Positions 1 to 12,844 of a DNA stretch of 64,000 bases are shown one piece after another. Source of the DNA: Paraphysomonas bandaiensis (taxonomy: Eukaryota; Protista; Chrysophyceae); contig CBFFRP010000146.1 of NCBI GenBank assembly GCA_965644295.1, forward strand, positions 496,001-560,000, read 5' to 3'. The position numbers and the translations under genes were made by a program. The number at the start of each line of letters is the position of its first letter. Positions within the stretch are counted from its first letter, which is position 1. The notes under the pieces are model-generated. The model ran no database searches. It saw only the letters and a list, made by a program, of their open reading frames with translations, and was not told the DNA's origin.

Positions 1-743
1 TCGGATTGGCTACAGCGAGTTTTGGATGTGAGTTGGTGTATGTGTGCATTTCGGAAAGTATCTTACTGTTGTGTTAGAAAACCTGGAGCTTGTGCCAACA
101 GCAGATATTTAACTGGAAGATGCTGTGCTCCAAGAACCCTGATCCCCACTTTCTGCAGTTTTTTAACAAAATTGAGGAGGTTATTGTTGAGCATTTTTGC
201 TGGTGTAATGTTAATATGCATACTTATCAGACTCTCTACAATATGGTAAACTGTATAGCTATTGATGAAGCAAAGGCACAGGCCGAAGAAGAAGATCGAA
301 AGCGGAAGGAGGAGGAGGAAGAAGAGAAGGCAAGGCAGATTGAGGAAGAAGATAGGCTAGCATTCGAGAACATGAGTATGTGGAGTAGCATAAACATTCA
401 TACTGGAGAGGTCATGTCAGGCGATGGTTCGCTGATGGCAATGAGAGAGAGAAGAAAGAGCGGACTACTAAATGAAAATGATGCTTCGACCCTCACCGAA
501 AGTTCGAAAGAGGATAATACTACTCGTAATACTGATGATGATAGTGATGGTCCTACGTTGCGTGAACTGGAACAGCAGCAGAAGCTAATGTCGAATCCAC
601 GTTTTAAGAAATCTACTAAGGCCATTCAGAGACTATGTCCTATTACTGAAGTGCTCGATATAACGCAGCTGGCTCGGTATCATTGTCAAAAGCCGAATAA
701 GGCTTTGCAGAGTAGATTAGAAGAAATTCGACAGAATAATTGA
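1..743 (+). CDS. 3' part of a hypothetical protein with an acidic/charged coiled-coil segment (5' end outside the window)
   Basis: ORF 90..743 has an E/K/R-rich helix (AKAQAEEEDRKRKEEEEEEKARQIEEEDR). It is preceded by a GTATCT...TTAG intron-like segment at ~58-77. No family recognised. Confidence 0.6.
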
Positions 744-1251
744 TGTTGTAGTGTTTCTTTGCTTGGTGTACTTTGAAGTACTGATTTATGCGCCATATCA
801 CTAGCGCATATCTATGAGTGCGACACATGTGTATACAATATCTTAGCCCAAATGTATGTGGTAGGTATGTAGGTATAGTTATCCCTGAAGCTGTCGTTAT
901 GGTAGATACGTATGCTCGATAAACTAACCGTGGGTATGTAATATCTCGGCAGGGACACTTTCGATGGATTCGTTGTCGGTATGTAACGGTAAATAGTCTC
1001 CTTATATGGCGTGATAAATAGATAAATAGCGATGGTGTGATTGATATTTAGACTAACTACTGCAACATCTACATGCAAAATATTGAAATCTACAACACTA
1101 ATTTTTTCGAAAGCAAAAATTAAAAATAAAGTAAAAAAATCACGTCAGACAAGTTATACATATAGCGACGAAATACCAAGCAAAATTCGATTGTGGTTAT
1201 ATATCGTAATAGTGCAATGTGATTCACTGCACTAGCACACAGAATTTTCTC

Positions 1252-2720
1252 TCATATAGACCTGAAGTCTGATGGCAGACCATCTCCCTCAGCCATCCAT
1301 AGTGGGCATTGATCCACCCCAGTTGTGCTGACCTCGCTGAGTGGTGTGACATACGTGAGCTGACTAGAAGTGGTTTGGGTGTGTTGAGGGAATGACGAAG
1401 GTACAGAAGAAGTCTGAGAAACAGATCGACCTACACACACACGGAGATCGCTAATGTCGCTCAAAGGAGACTCTCCCTCTGAAGAAGAGAGCTTATGCTT
1501 TGCAAAGCACAGCTCTTCTGATCCCTCACCCTCGTACTCATAAGGAAATTCACAAAAAGCCCTTACATGATGATGGAAGCTAGACATTGAGGGAGACTCT
1601 TGAATCCTGAACATTAGATACGTTGAAACTAATCGCAGTACCAAACACATTGATCACCACAAACAAGTTCATCAAGCACAACATCATAGAGGCGAATTCT
1701 TACGGGTTTCTAATAAGCTCCCATGGTATTCTCGATGATATGGTAGGTAGTGCATCTAGCTTTGGCTCTAGGTCCGGTGTAGGCTGTATGTCACACCTTA
1801 CCTGAAAATCAGAGAGCAGACAGTAAATGTGAGCAACACACGTAATGAACGCACCACAGACACTGTCTTCTGAAGAAGAGGTCGTTCAACTGGCTGAAGT
1901 TCTTGCGACGTATTTAATTTGTAAGGATGAGTGTGAGTAAATGGAGAGCCAGATGGGAGAGTGCTGTAATCGCACATCCTTGCCTGTACTCCCGAGTGAA
2001 CCACTGGGTACTCGAATCCAGGTCCTCGGGTAACTAGCCTCTGCTCTCTTCCAGGTGCAGAAATCGGTATCGCCATTGGCCTTGCTGTGGCACATGTAGC
2101 CCTATTCGAAGGAGTTTTTCGTTTCCTTGAGAACGCTGGTGGAGGGGTAGAGACTGGAGGTGATGCCGAAGTGGAAGTTGACGCTGAGCTCATGACACCT
2201 TGTGATGTCCGCTGTGGCTTATAACAGCCCTTTGACTTAGGACATTTTTTGTAACAATGATACTATATATATTCTTTACTTTAAAATGTCGTGAGAGGGA
2301 GCCAACCTTTTTTGTGCATTCAAGGCTTTTATTCTTTCCACAGCAACAGATTTCCTTGCACTGACAGGCAGAAACAATGATCAGTGATTATGTAAGTAGA
2401 GTATACAATGTACCACAGGGCAGCCTCCTGAGAACACATCCTGACCATGCTCGTCAATCATCTTATCTTCACACTTATGGCAATAGACTTGAGGACATTT
2501 CGTGCTACCCGACCACACATCAACAAATATCAATACAGAGGGCACTTAGTATACCAGTGTATCTTATTCTTCCTTAGATTACCACACCGATGACAGCTCA
2601 CACGCCGAGTAGACGCTGAGTCTTTGACACGACCCTGGGATTGTTTGTTATCTTCACTTTGATCCGGCTACTCAAATTATCATATTCAGCATATCGTAAT
2701 GAACTCAATCTTACCATAAT
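1252..2720 (-). CDS. Hypothetical multi-exon Ser/Pro-rich protein (5' boundary uncertain)
   Basis: Minus-strand ORFs 1252..1650 and 1798..2193 are separated by short GT-AG intron-like segments. No domain recognised. Confidence 0.4.
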
Positions 2721-3312
2721 AACTAATAACTGCTGTAGAGGACACAGCTTAACGTACTTACTTATAGCTTATGGATGTTGGTTATTACCATAGTAAAGTA
2801 CACATATCTATGTTGACTTTAAACATCCAATCGTTCTCTTCCTTCATAACTTCATCTTCATAATAGAATGAAGAAGTAAGTTATGATGCTGGAACTGCAT
2901 GCAAACTAGTGAAAACGAAGTTGATTGAAACGAAGTGAGCTTTTTAGAAGTAAGCTAATTTTAGAAATTCAAACTTTAAATTCTCGACTTTCATTCTTCG
3001 TTCCAATGCTGAAGTTCGGAAGTGAACACATTGAGCCGCTGTCAACATGTTTGTGTGCTGTGTAGACCTGGTTGTAGGTATACTGGTGTAGAACCGCGGA
3101 ATACGATGTATACGATCAAGTGGAAGTCTCTGGGTACATACTGCTGTACATGTATATGTGGTGACAAATGTCAAGTAGTTAAACCCACGGCTCTAAGTCT
3201 TTTGTGCCAGTTCGTTCATTTCTGGTATTTCAGTATCAGTCTGTCGTATACGGGGTTATTGTACACCTTCTATTGATCAGATCGTGGTATAAATTACGAC
3301 TATATCAGCCTG

Positions 3313-4035
3313 ATGTCATACAGTGATAGCAGTGATGACGAGGTTGAGTATGAAGAAGAAGTGTTTCAAATCCGCGAATTCGAATTTAGGATTACGACGG
3401 TGTCCTACATGCCCATTGCAAAGCTAATGCGGAATCGGGAAAAAAGCGTCGAAATATCTGGACAGAAGTTATGGTGTGGTAGTTTGGCTGTTATGGAGTA
3501 TTTACTCGATCACAGAGACTTTATTAGAGATTGTAATATTCTTGAACTAGGCGCAGGAACAGGAGTTGTTGGAATGTTATGCCAGCGACTTGGGAGTGGG
3601 CAAGTGTATTTGACAGATAACGACGTGAGAAGTATCGCCCATATGACTCAGGATATACAGACAAATTCAGTTGATGCAACAGTAGTGCCTCTCGACTGGT
3701 TCAATTTTGATGTATCTGTACTAGACAGAGAAATACCTACTTTATTTCAAAAGCAGGTTCGATTGCTTGCTGGTGATGTTCTTTACAAGCATGATCTGAT
3801 AAGGCCATTCTTTTCTGTGGTGTCTCAAGTTTTGTCTCGTCCAGGCACTAAAATGATACTCTGTCATGTTCCACGGGCTGGGGTTGATCAGAGCAATGTG
3901 ATAACTGCCGCGGAATCTCATGGTCTGAAAATATGTGCTCTTGACCGAGAACAATGGTGTAAAGGGGTTTGCATAGAGTATAGTGTTTCGGAGGACTATG
4001 AAAGAGCTATGGTATATGAAATATACAAGGACTAG
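3313..4035 (+). CDS. Family-16 (METTL21/METTL23-like) seven-beta-strand protein methyltransferase
   Basis: SGQKLWCGSLAVMEYL (G..xW motif), motif I ILELGAGTGVVG, post-I VYLTD, LDW and LAGDVLY (DxxY). Confidence 0.85.
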   Translation: MSYSDSSDDEVEYEEEVFQIREFEFRITTVSYMPIAKLMRNREKSVEISGQKLWCGSLAVMEYLLDHRDFIRDCNILELGAGTGVVGMLCQRLGSGQVYLTDNDVRSIAHMTQDIQTNSVDATVVPLDWFNFDVSVLDREIPTLFQKQVRLLAGDVLYKHDLIRPFFSVVSQVLSRPGTKMILCHVPRAGVDQSNVITAAESHGLKICALDREQWCKGVCIEYSVSEDYERAMVYEIYKD

Positions 4036-4948
4036 TTTCCCCCTCTGTCATAACCGTGTTAATATATAAATTTTAATGTGCCTGCATTGCTAACAAGTGG
4101 GTTCTACATCATTTTATGAAAGCACCTCATGCAAACTAGAAACAATGCGTAGTCTACATGAAAGAATTATTGGTTTTCATGTATAGTTCTCTTTTCCTAA
4201 TATATATGACTTTTGTTCATTAAGAACAAGACATTGGAAATAAGCAATGAATTGAAAGCAATACCTAGGATGTAAGTGGCCAGTCGATAGAAATTTGACG
4301 ATACCTTCGTGGCGCCAAAACCAGCCACTGCATCATGTGAAGTTGGAGCATGTGGAGTGTACGAGTGTACACTTCTCAGTGTCCAAATATAACAGGCACA
4401 ATATCTCTTGAATTAGGGAAAAGTAAACCATGGTCATTATTATTATATGTCACACCCTTAGTGAATAGTATGGTAACGAGACACTTTGGGTTGTAATTGT
4501 AAGTATATTGTACGCTGCATAACAGCTGGTGCTCTGCTTGAATAGACGAAATCAACTTTTATTTTGGAAGACCATTCCGAATATGATTTTTCTCTGCGAT
4601 GATCGTTAACCACTGGTTATTAAGAATTGTGACTTCAAGGTATAACCTCCTAGTTATAGATTCTTCGTGGTCACTTATCACATACTACATTCTAGGACAG
4701 CCTGGGGGGGGTTCAAAATTATTTTCAGAGTAGTTTGAACGGGTCCTATCATATCATATGGAGTCTATATAACTTAATATCTGCAGACATCTAATATACA
4801 CACCTGACATTTGAGTGTACAAAGCAAGATCTTCGCAATGTAGTACTCCATCCACATCCACCAATATACTATATACGTAGTATAATATGTATTGCATAAT
4901 AATTATTATTTTCTACCTTTTTATGTGAGTGGCGCTCATACATAGATA

Positions 4949-5129
4949 CAGACGCTACACAGTAATATTACTTCACACTCTTCTAGCACTATAATATAAA
5001 GCTATTATGGAGGCTAATAAAACCCTAACCCTTATTTCCTAAGCCTCCTTTCCTCTCTTATTAGCCTCCATAAGAGCATTATATTATAGTGCTAGAAGAT
5101 TGTAAAGTAATATTACTGTGTAGCGTCTG
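4949..5129. mobile_element. MITE / foldback element, Tc1/mariner-type (72-bp inverted arms, TA flanks)
   Basis: Arm 4949-5020 (CAGACGCTACACAGTAATATTAC...GGAGGCTAATAA) is the reverse complement of 5058-5129 with 4 mismatches. The spacer is 37 bp and TA lies on both sides (gaTA|CAG...CTG|TAtc). Confidence 0.75.
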
Positions 5130-5653
5130 TATCGATCTCATTACCTTTCCTACTGGTATATCATATATATACTGTATGTATCACAGCGATCATATCCATG
5201 GCACATCATGCAATCCGCTGTAGTCACCAAGTACTCTTCTACTTATTATCTCTCAATCAATTTCATCGTAGATCACGGTCATATCCAGTGTATCTTGTTA
5301 TAGATAAGTAGATGATATTCGTCTTGTGCTGTGGATATCTGCCTGTTCATATGTGACATCTCTGGATATGATGATGGGCTGTGTACAACAGTGTCCACCA
5401 GCAGTGTGCAGATCGTATCTGTTGATGCAAATACAAGCAACAGCATCCTATGTACTTCATGTATTCTGCTGTAGTCTCGTACTACATTCCGATTATTTCA
5501 TAACATATGAATTGGACAGTGTCGGTATGGTGTGGTTGGTCCACGCAATACTTCAATAATCTTTGTGCAAGCAGACACTCCAATACATGTACCCACCCAT
5601 ATCTTAGTCTATCTTCACCACACTACAAGAGTAGTGCTGCAGTTATAGTGGAC

Positions 5654-7168
5654 ATGTCGCAAACAGAATATGGAGCTATTTCCATATCACCTGGAAAGAA
5701 AAAACCTTCGAGAGTGTCCAAAATGCCGGACATTTACTGTCCATCCTATGATTCCCCCGATAGAGTTTCACCGATATACGTGGGGGTGTTTAATGTGCTT
5801 AATACATGTGTGGGAGGAGGTACGCTTTCTCTACCATTTGCATTTGCGCAATGTGGGTGGGGGTTCGCTCTTTTCTTCGTTTTATTCTCAATGCTCTGTA
5901 CAATGTTCTCCATGGTGTTACTCTGCACTATGGCTCGGAAGCTCGGTTGTAGTAGCTATTCAGATATAATGGAGATAACATTGGGTAATAGAGGAAAACG
6001 TATAAGCACTGCATTGCTGTTTGGCATGCTCTGTCTGGTTATTATCGCCTTTTTGGTTCTTCTTCGTGATATAGCTGGTGATATAGTTGAGTTCTTCACT
6101 CCCGAAACATATTCACTGAGTATTCACATCAAAAATCTGATTACAATAATTTTAACTGCTATATGCTTTCCACTTATGACTGCGGACAATTTACACGCTC
6201 TCAGATATGTTTCATATGCTGGTACAACTTGTGTGATAATTCTTCTCTACACAATTGCCGAGAAAGCCATTGCTACAAATCTCGCCAAAGGTGACGACGT
6301 TCCACGTGTGCTTCGCGCAGGACCAGAGCGCATTTCAGATGTATTTTCCGCTCTTCCAATAATATTTATATCCTTTTTATGTCAGTTTAATGTTAACGGC
6401 GTATACTCTGACTTGAGAGAGCCTTCGAGTAGCAACATGAATACCGTTATCTATACCTCAATGGGCTCAGCAGCAACGCTTTTCACATGCTTTGGTATGG
6501 CTGGTTACCTCTTCGCATTTGATGATACAGCAGACAACATTCTTAACAACTTTTCTTCGCGGGATCCGGCGCTGCTACTTGCCCGTGTGGGGCTGATGCT
6601 AACTCTGATGTGTCAGCTTCCAATGGTTGTGGTTCCCTGTCGTAAAGCGTTTTACCCGCTAGTATGGCCCACTGTAAACACTGCAGACACACACAGTCAA
6701 TACATACACCATCCTGAGCTGCATATAAATGACATAGAGGACTTAAATCGATCCAACAGCCAACCACAAGAGAGCGCTCGGGAGAGACTTCTTTCTGCGG
6801 CCTCTGCACACTCCGATATTGGGGGTGAGGGTATTACATTCGTACCTGTTGACGAGGGTTATGATGTAGTGGTTAACAGTTCCTCATCCCGTTATCTCAT
6901 TACACTACTGATCATATCTATCACATTAATTATCTCAGAAACTGTTCCCGGTGTGTCGACTGTGTGGACAGTTGCAGGATCCACAGTGTCTATCGTAATA
7001 GCGTTTCTCTTGCCTGCATATGCTTATGTGGCCATGTGGAACGGGAAATTGAGTGACAACAGAGAAGTTGATATGACGTTAGCTGCGGCCTATGGGCTAA
7101 TTGCACTTAGCGTGTTGCTCATTACTTTATGCACAGTACAAACCGCCCACAAGATATTCTTCTCTTAA
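5654..7168 (+). CDS. Amino-acid/auxin permease (AAAP, SLC38-like) transporter
   Basis: VFNVLNTCVGGGTLSLPFAFAQCGW (TM1), SFLCQFNV, GYLFAFDDTADNILNNF and FLLPAYAY; about 11 hydrophobic segments. The likely start is MSQTEY at 5654, although the ORF opens at 5507. Confidence 0.9.
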   Translation: MSQTEYGAISISPGKKKPSRVSKMPDIYCPSYDSPDRVSPIYVGVFNVLNTCVGGGTLSLPFAFAQCGWGFALFFVLFSMLCTMFSMVLLCTMARKLGCSSYSDIMEITLGNRGKRISTALLFGMLCLVIIAFLVLLRDIAGDIVEFFTPETYSLSIHIKNLITIILTAICFPLMTADNLHALRYVSYAGTTCVIILLYTIAEKAIATNLAKGDDVPRVLRAGPERISDVFSALPIIFISFLCQFNVNGVYSDLREPSSSNMNTVIYTSMGSAATLFTCFGMAGYLFAFDDTADNILNNFSSRDPALLLARVGLMLTLMCQLPMVVVPCRKAFYPLVWPTVNTADTHSQYIHHPELHINDIEDLNRSNSQPQESARERLLSAASAHSDIGGEGITFVPVDEGYDVVVNSSSSRYLITLLIISITLIISETVPGVSTVWTVAGSTVSIVIAFLLPAYAYVAMWNGKLSDNREVDMTLAAAYGLIALSVLLITLCTVQTAHKIFFS

Positions 7169-7631
7169 TATATAATATCCTTTCACTGATCGATATACAT
7201 GCTCATTGTAAATGATTTATATATTATTAAAAAGATGTCGAGAAAAAATGTGTTTCATGAAGCCCTAGTACTTATGAAAAAATTGATGTTTGGATATTAA
7301 GTAAAATAACAATAGAACGTATTCTATGTGACCAACGAATTGAATTGTGTGAGTTGATATAGCGCGTATTCAGTATCCAGGTGCGAAGCAGTACAAGCTG
7401 GTAAAGCAAGTATATTTCTCCGAGACATGAAACATTTTACATGCCACGATTAATATATATACCTGAATTCTCATATTCTGGTGATTCATAGGTTGTGTGT
7501 GCAATTAACAATTAATGAAATCAATATAGGTTGCCATTACCGTTTCAGTACTTTGCAATCATTATAAACAAAAATGGTATCCTACAAAAACATTTACTCC
7601 ATACTATTGTTATGATACAAATATATTATTT

Positions 7632-8949
7632 TTATCGATTTATGGCTTTACTTGCGACAGCTCGCTGCTGTGCTAAAGAGTACAAAAATGTCCCTAAAAT
7701 GGCTATGGAAGATCCAATCATACTCTGCATACTAATCGGCGTGCCATACAGCCACACTGCGGCAAATATTATTATAACTCTTTTAACTGTATTACCAACA
7801 GCATGAGTGACCGGATGAACCATATTCAACACTCTTGTTCCAGCCTGATAACAAAAGCTAAGTAAAAAAGGATACACATACACATGTAGAGGGTGTTATT
7901 TTGATATGTATGGCTTACATATGAAACCTGTCTGCTACATATATGAACATTGACCTTACCTCGTTATAGAAAAAAAACGACAACCCAGAAATTACTAAAT
8001 TCAGTAGAAAGCTCCTAGTTTCCTCATTCCAAAAGGTCATACTCTTATCCGCGAGGGTCTTCACACCACCAGCGGCAACTTGTCTCCACGCTGGGATAAT
8101 TTTGTTCCCCTCAGTTAGCAGGGCAATCGGAAGGAGTTGGGCAATAGCCAAAACAGTAAGCACTTGAAACACACGACTCGAGGATAAAGGATAGTCGTTA
8201 GTAGAAATTTGGGCACTGCCATCAGGGGTTTGCTGCTGAGATTGCATGTACCGTTTGAATAGAACTTGGCGAAGTTGATAGAACACGTTCGAAGCCATGG
8301 CAGTAAGAAAAGCAACCCATGTAAATGACATTTCTTTCATTGAAGCAAGTGCTACGCCAAATACTATAGGGATAAAAGTTAAGGCTACAGGCACTGAAAC
8401 AGATTGACTAAGCAACAGAGACGAAAATATCGCTGCAAAAATGGGCTCCGCAGCTTTAACAATTTGAGTAAAACTAACGGAGCCCGATTTCAATGACATC
8501 ACAGATGTTAAAATCCCAAAAGCATGCATAGAGGACATCAATGCGAAGTACTTCAGTTGCGAAGAGCTCATAGCAGGGGGTTTGACAGCCCAAAAAGGAA
8601 GAAAAAGTGGAAGTCCAATAATGAGTTGGGCACAAGACACAGTTGCAGGTAATGGTAGCACTTCCAGAGTTCTTTTATTAGCAACGTTGTACACAACAGT
8701 AAAAAAATACCACATCGTCACATATCCTCCCAGTTTGGTGAGGTACTGGATACCATTTTTAGAGTCGACAGTGTCGGGACCAGTTACCGATTTATCAGAA
8801 CTGTCTACAGTATCAGAGAGATGGTGCGAACTAAATTTAGATGAATATCTAGATAATCGTGTTAGTGGGGGGCGTGTCACCGGTGGGGTAAGCGTGCCCG
8901 TGGTGTGCACATACAACATGCACAACAACACATACTTTAACACAGACAT
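7632..8949 (-). CDS. Triose-phosphate/phosphate translocator family protein with an N-terminal signal + transit-like extension
   Basis: WYFFTVVYNVANK, SVSFTQIVKAAEPIF, AMASNVFY, FFFYNE, then after an intron (~7846-7960) VHPVTHAVGNTVKRVIII and GSSIAILGTFLYS. Confidence 0.9.
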
Positions 8950-9474
8950 GTTCAGAGGGCTCAGATAGCATAAACCTCCTCTGACATTTTACTCCATGCA
9001 CACACTATAAAGTTCCAAGTTTAGATGCAATCAATATCCGTAAAACTCATCACCAATAAGTTCTTTGTGCATGATGTGCTCTGTTGCATGATGGTGCTGA
9101 TGTGGACATACACATACATACACTGCACACAGCAGTATGCGGCGGTCAGCATAGCAAGAGCAGTAAACCGGTATACTACAGCTGTATCTACACCGTATAC
9201 ATCATTCCATACGAGTGCAACCCCATATAACGCCCATCGAAGAGAAGCAAGTGAATGGAAGGAAGGGAATTGCTTGCTGGAATTCCTACACTCTCTACTG
9301 CTGTGTACCTCACTTCATCTAACTCAACACGATACAGAACACTGTGCGTGTGTATCGGAGTTCATATTAACTATATACCATACCATACCATACCATAGAG
9401 TTAAGTCATAGATATTTATAATAGTAATATCGGTACTGTAGTGGTCACAAGCTACAGAAATTAAACCCACATTG

Positions 9475-12282
9475 ATGGCTTCCAAGTGGCACCCGCTGCA
9501 TACTGCAGGTAATGTATGAGTTGATTACCATTCGATGACACTCATGGGTGTTTTTGTAGCGATATCTGGTAACTTGGAAACAGTCCTTCAGGAGTACAAG
9601 AAAGGTGTTGTGAAGGATCCTAACATATTGAATTTTAAGGATGCAAACGGATGCTCTGTCATTCACTTCGCAACATTGTCTGGAAATCCGAAATTAGTAA
9701 GAGAGTTAATAAAACTAGGATGTGATGTAAACAGCTTGAGCCGGAAAATGGGAGGAATTAGCCCTCTTGTAATATCCACGATGAAGGGCCACATCGAAGT
9801 CACTAACATATTGCTAGAGAGTGGTGCAGACCCTTCTATAGCTCGCAAAAATGACGGCTGGACACCGTTACACATATGCGCTTTCGACAACAACCCCAAT
9901 ATGGCAGTTCTTTTTCTGTCGAATCCAAGTCTGATAGATATACAAGATGCCGAGAAGCGGACATGTATACATGTAGCTGTGGAACAGCGATCCCGGCAAT
10001 TCATTCATGCTATCGAACGAAAATATCCTCGCTACCGTCACGTTGTTAATGGTCTTCTCTCTCGGTGGAAAGAAGAACAGCATCGTGCCCGTGGGGCTAT
10101 ACTTCCAACGTCTTTAACTGACCCGCCGGGAGGGTGCCATACTCAGTGTCAATCTCCTCTTCGTCCCCCTCGTGCGCCATTCTCTGTTTCGGCCATGTTT
10201 GATGCCGCCCGCAGTGGTGATTGTGATACACTTAAGGCAGTCTTCGCGGAGCATCCGGCTGGAGTAAATACAACTTTTCGAAATGGTTGGACTCTCCTTA
10301 TGGAGGCTGCCGCAGTGGGGAACCATCAAGTTATAAAGGTCTTACTGGAAATGGGATGTGCCACAGAGGCTCGCAATAAGCGTGGTCTTACAGCGTTGCA
10401 TGTCGCTGTACGGCATGGCTACTTGCAGGCCACACGGGCACTACTGGATGCAGGGGCGTGTCCGGATGTTGTTACTCCACGGGGTGACACAATAGAGGAA
10501 ATCGCTGTTGCCAACGGCCACCACACTCTGATGGCCTTTCTCGTGCAGCGTCGATCTCGCGCACTGGAAAACAATGCAGAGAGTGCTTCTTCAGAGAGTT
10601 GCACTCCCACCAATCTTATTCAAGCGCCGCCACATGAAACACTTCCTAGTGATAAAATCAACCTTGATACCTGGCTAGAGAGCTGGCGGCTTACTCAATA
10701 CAAGGATGTTCTTGCCAAAAACGGATTCGATACACTATGCACTCTCGGTTTGCTATCCAATGAAGACCTGGAGTCGATGGGTTTTTTGCTTCTGCATCGA
10801 AAGGTGTTTGCGCTGGGCTTGGATGATGTCAGAAAGAAATATCCACAGCAATTCCAGTGCAAATCTAGAAGTATACATCTAGTAGAGGAACCAGTGAAAA
10901 GTAAAAAGAACAAGAATAGGAATAGAAAGAAGCGCCGGTCCAGGCATAAGAACAAGAAATCTGACTCGCACGTTACACTTCCCGAGCTTAGTCGTGATAT
11001 CTCCCAGCTTACGACTGCAAGTGAGTGGGAGGAGGAAAGCGAAGGTAGTGGAGATGCAGTTGGTGTGTATGCCAGTGCTGGCCTCCTGATCTCGAGAGAA
11101 CCATCTGACAACATTACGGAGCCTTCGTCACATTCTACATCGCCGATTTCCTCAGTCACATATATGCAAGAGCAGGAGGACTGGATGGATGGAACAATAG
11201 ACTTCTCGGGAACATCCGCTACTGGGGCCGGACCTGCCGTCAAAGAATTGAAGTTCGATGAGATCGAACTTGGACCAGTGATTGGTGAAGGCAGCTTTGG
11301 TTCAGTCCGTAGCGGGTATTGGAGGGGTATGAATGTTGCAGTTAAGACCCTTCGCCCCTTGGTAAAGTCTAATGATCCTGGGTCAGGAAAAGATACGTCT
11401 TGTGAGACTCATGGGTCTGGTGACGAATGTCCTAATGTAAGAGAGCTGAGGCACGAAGCATCCACCATGGCAAGAGTGTGTAACCATGCCTTTGTTATTC
11501 AGTTTGTGGGAATCGTGTTGGAGCCTCTTCCCAGCGTAGTCACTGTGTTTTGTGGTTATGGGTCAGTAGAGGACCTATTGGTCAAGTCAGGAAAAGGTAG
11601 CACATTTGATGCCGATATTTTGTTCCGACTAGCAACAGAAGCGGCGATGGGAATTAGACACCTGCATTTAGAGGGAGTAATTCACCGGGATCTGGCAGCA
11701 AGAAACCTCCTTATTGACGATAACTTCCATATACGTGTCGCAGACTTTGGTTTTGCTCGCGTAAAGGAGGAAGCATTTAGCAAGGGATATACAAGATCTG
11801 ATATGGGGCCTATTCGGTGGAGCGCTCCCGAAGCTATGCGCAACAATCAGTACTCCGAAAGTTCTGATGTATTTTCGTTTGGGGTAGTTTTATACGAAAT
11901 GTTTGTCCAACGTCTGCCATGGGAGGGGTACGAGACCTTGGACGTCGCTATACGTGTGTGTTCTGAGGAAAGAATGCAGATACCGGCTGAATTGCATCAG
12001 GGTGTAGCGGATCTAATGAGGTCATGTTGGGCACATCTTTCGGAGAATCGACCATTGCTTGATGTAGTCATTAATGAGTTACGGAGAATGCGACAAGAAC
12101 TAACACCTGAGCTGTTAAGGAAAGATGCAAATGTAGTCGATAACGACTTGACAGAAGAAGAGTATTGGACTCAGAGCGACAGCCATAGCTACGAAGATAT
12201 TGAGAACTTGTCACTGGAAGATAATTTCAGGACAAGCTACGACGATGACACGCGATATACAAGTATGATGATATCAAAGTGA
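9475..12282 (+). CDS. Ankyrin-repeat / SAM-domain / protein kinase (TKL or TK-like)
   Basis: Exon 1 is MASKWHPLHTA, followed by intron 9509-9559. Multiple ankyrin repeats (GWTPLHICA, GLTALHVAVRHG), a SAM domain (WLESWRLTQYKDVLAKNGFD...EDLESMG) and a kinase domain (IGEGSFG, VAVK, HRDLAARN, DFG, PIRWSAPE, SDVFSFG). Confidence 0.9.
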
Positions 12283-12844
12283 TAATACATTAGAAAACGC
12301 CATCACTGCACCATCAGCTACCAGACGTATAATTTCCACGAGATTTGGAAATCTATCCCTGTATCTGTTTTGTGCGCTAATTATTGAAATGTATATGTAG
12401 TTGAATTAAAGTTATGAAATTATTATTATTATTAATATATTATATATACTAGTGTCGGTAACACAACGGCTGCTGTAAATCAGCAGACACAACACGCATG
12501 AACCAATATATTTGTAGCGCTCTACTTTGGTATCTAATCTAGTGTACGAGGTAGTACTTCTGTACTTCTTGACGGTTGCAATTAAGATGGTATTGATGAA
12601 TCTCGGTATCGATGATAGACATGAAAACTACCAAATAAAAGCTATAAAGACAATCAAAACTCTAGTTTTTGACTACGGAAAACGGTCTATAGTCTATAGT
12701 GTGTCAAGTTATGACATAATTGGATGATTTACTAAGTTAACTGAATGTGTATTTACTCATTAACCTTGTATCCTTATAATCAATTATAAAAATCAACATC
12801 CTTGCAGTCTCATTCATCAATTTCATGTAATCTCTACGACCAAT

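Noticed and set aside
4737-4755. GAACGGGTCCTA shared with ~58175
   Set aside because: A 12-bp match with poorly alignable flanks; cannot be distinguished from chance.
5018-5033. Interstitial telomere
   Set aside because: Only about two imperfect units inside a MITE spacer, too short to call.
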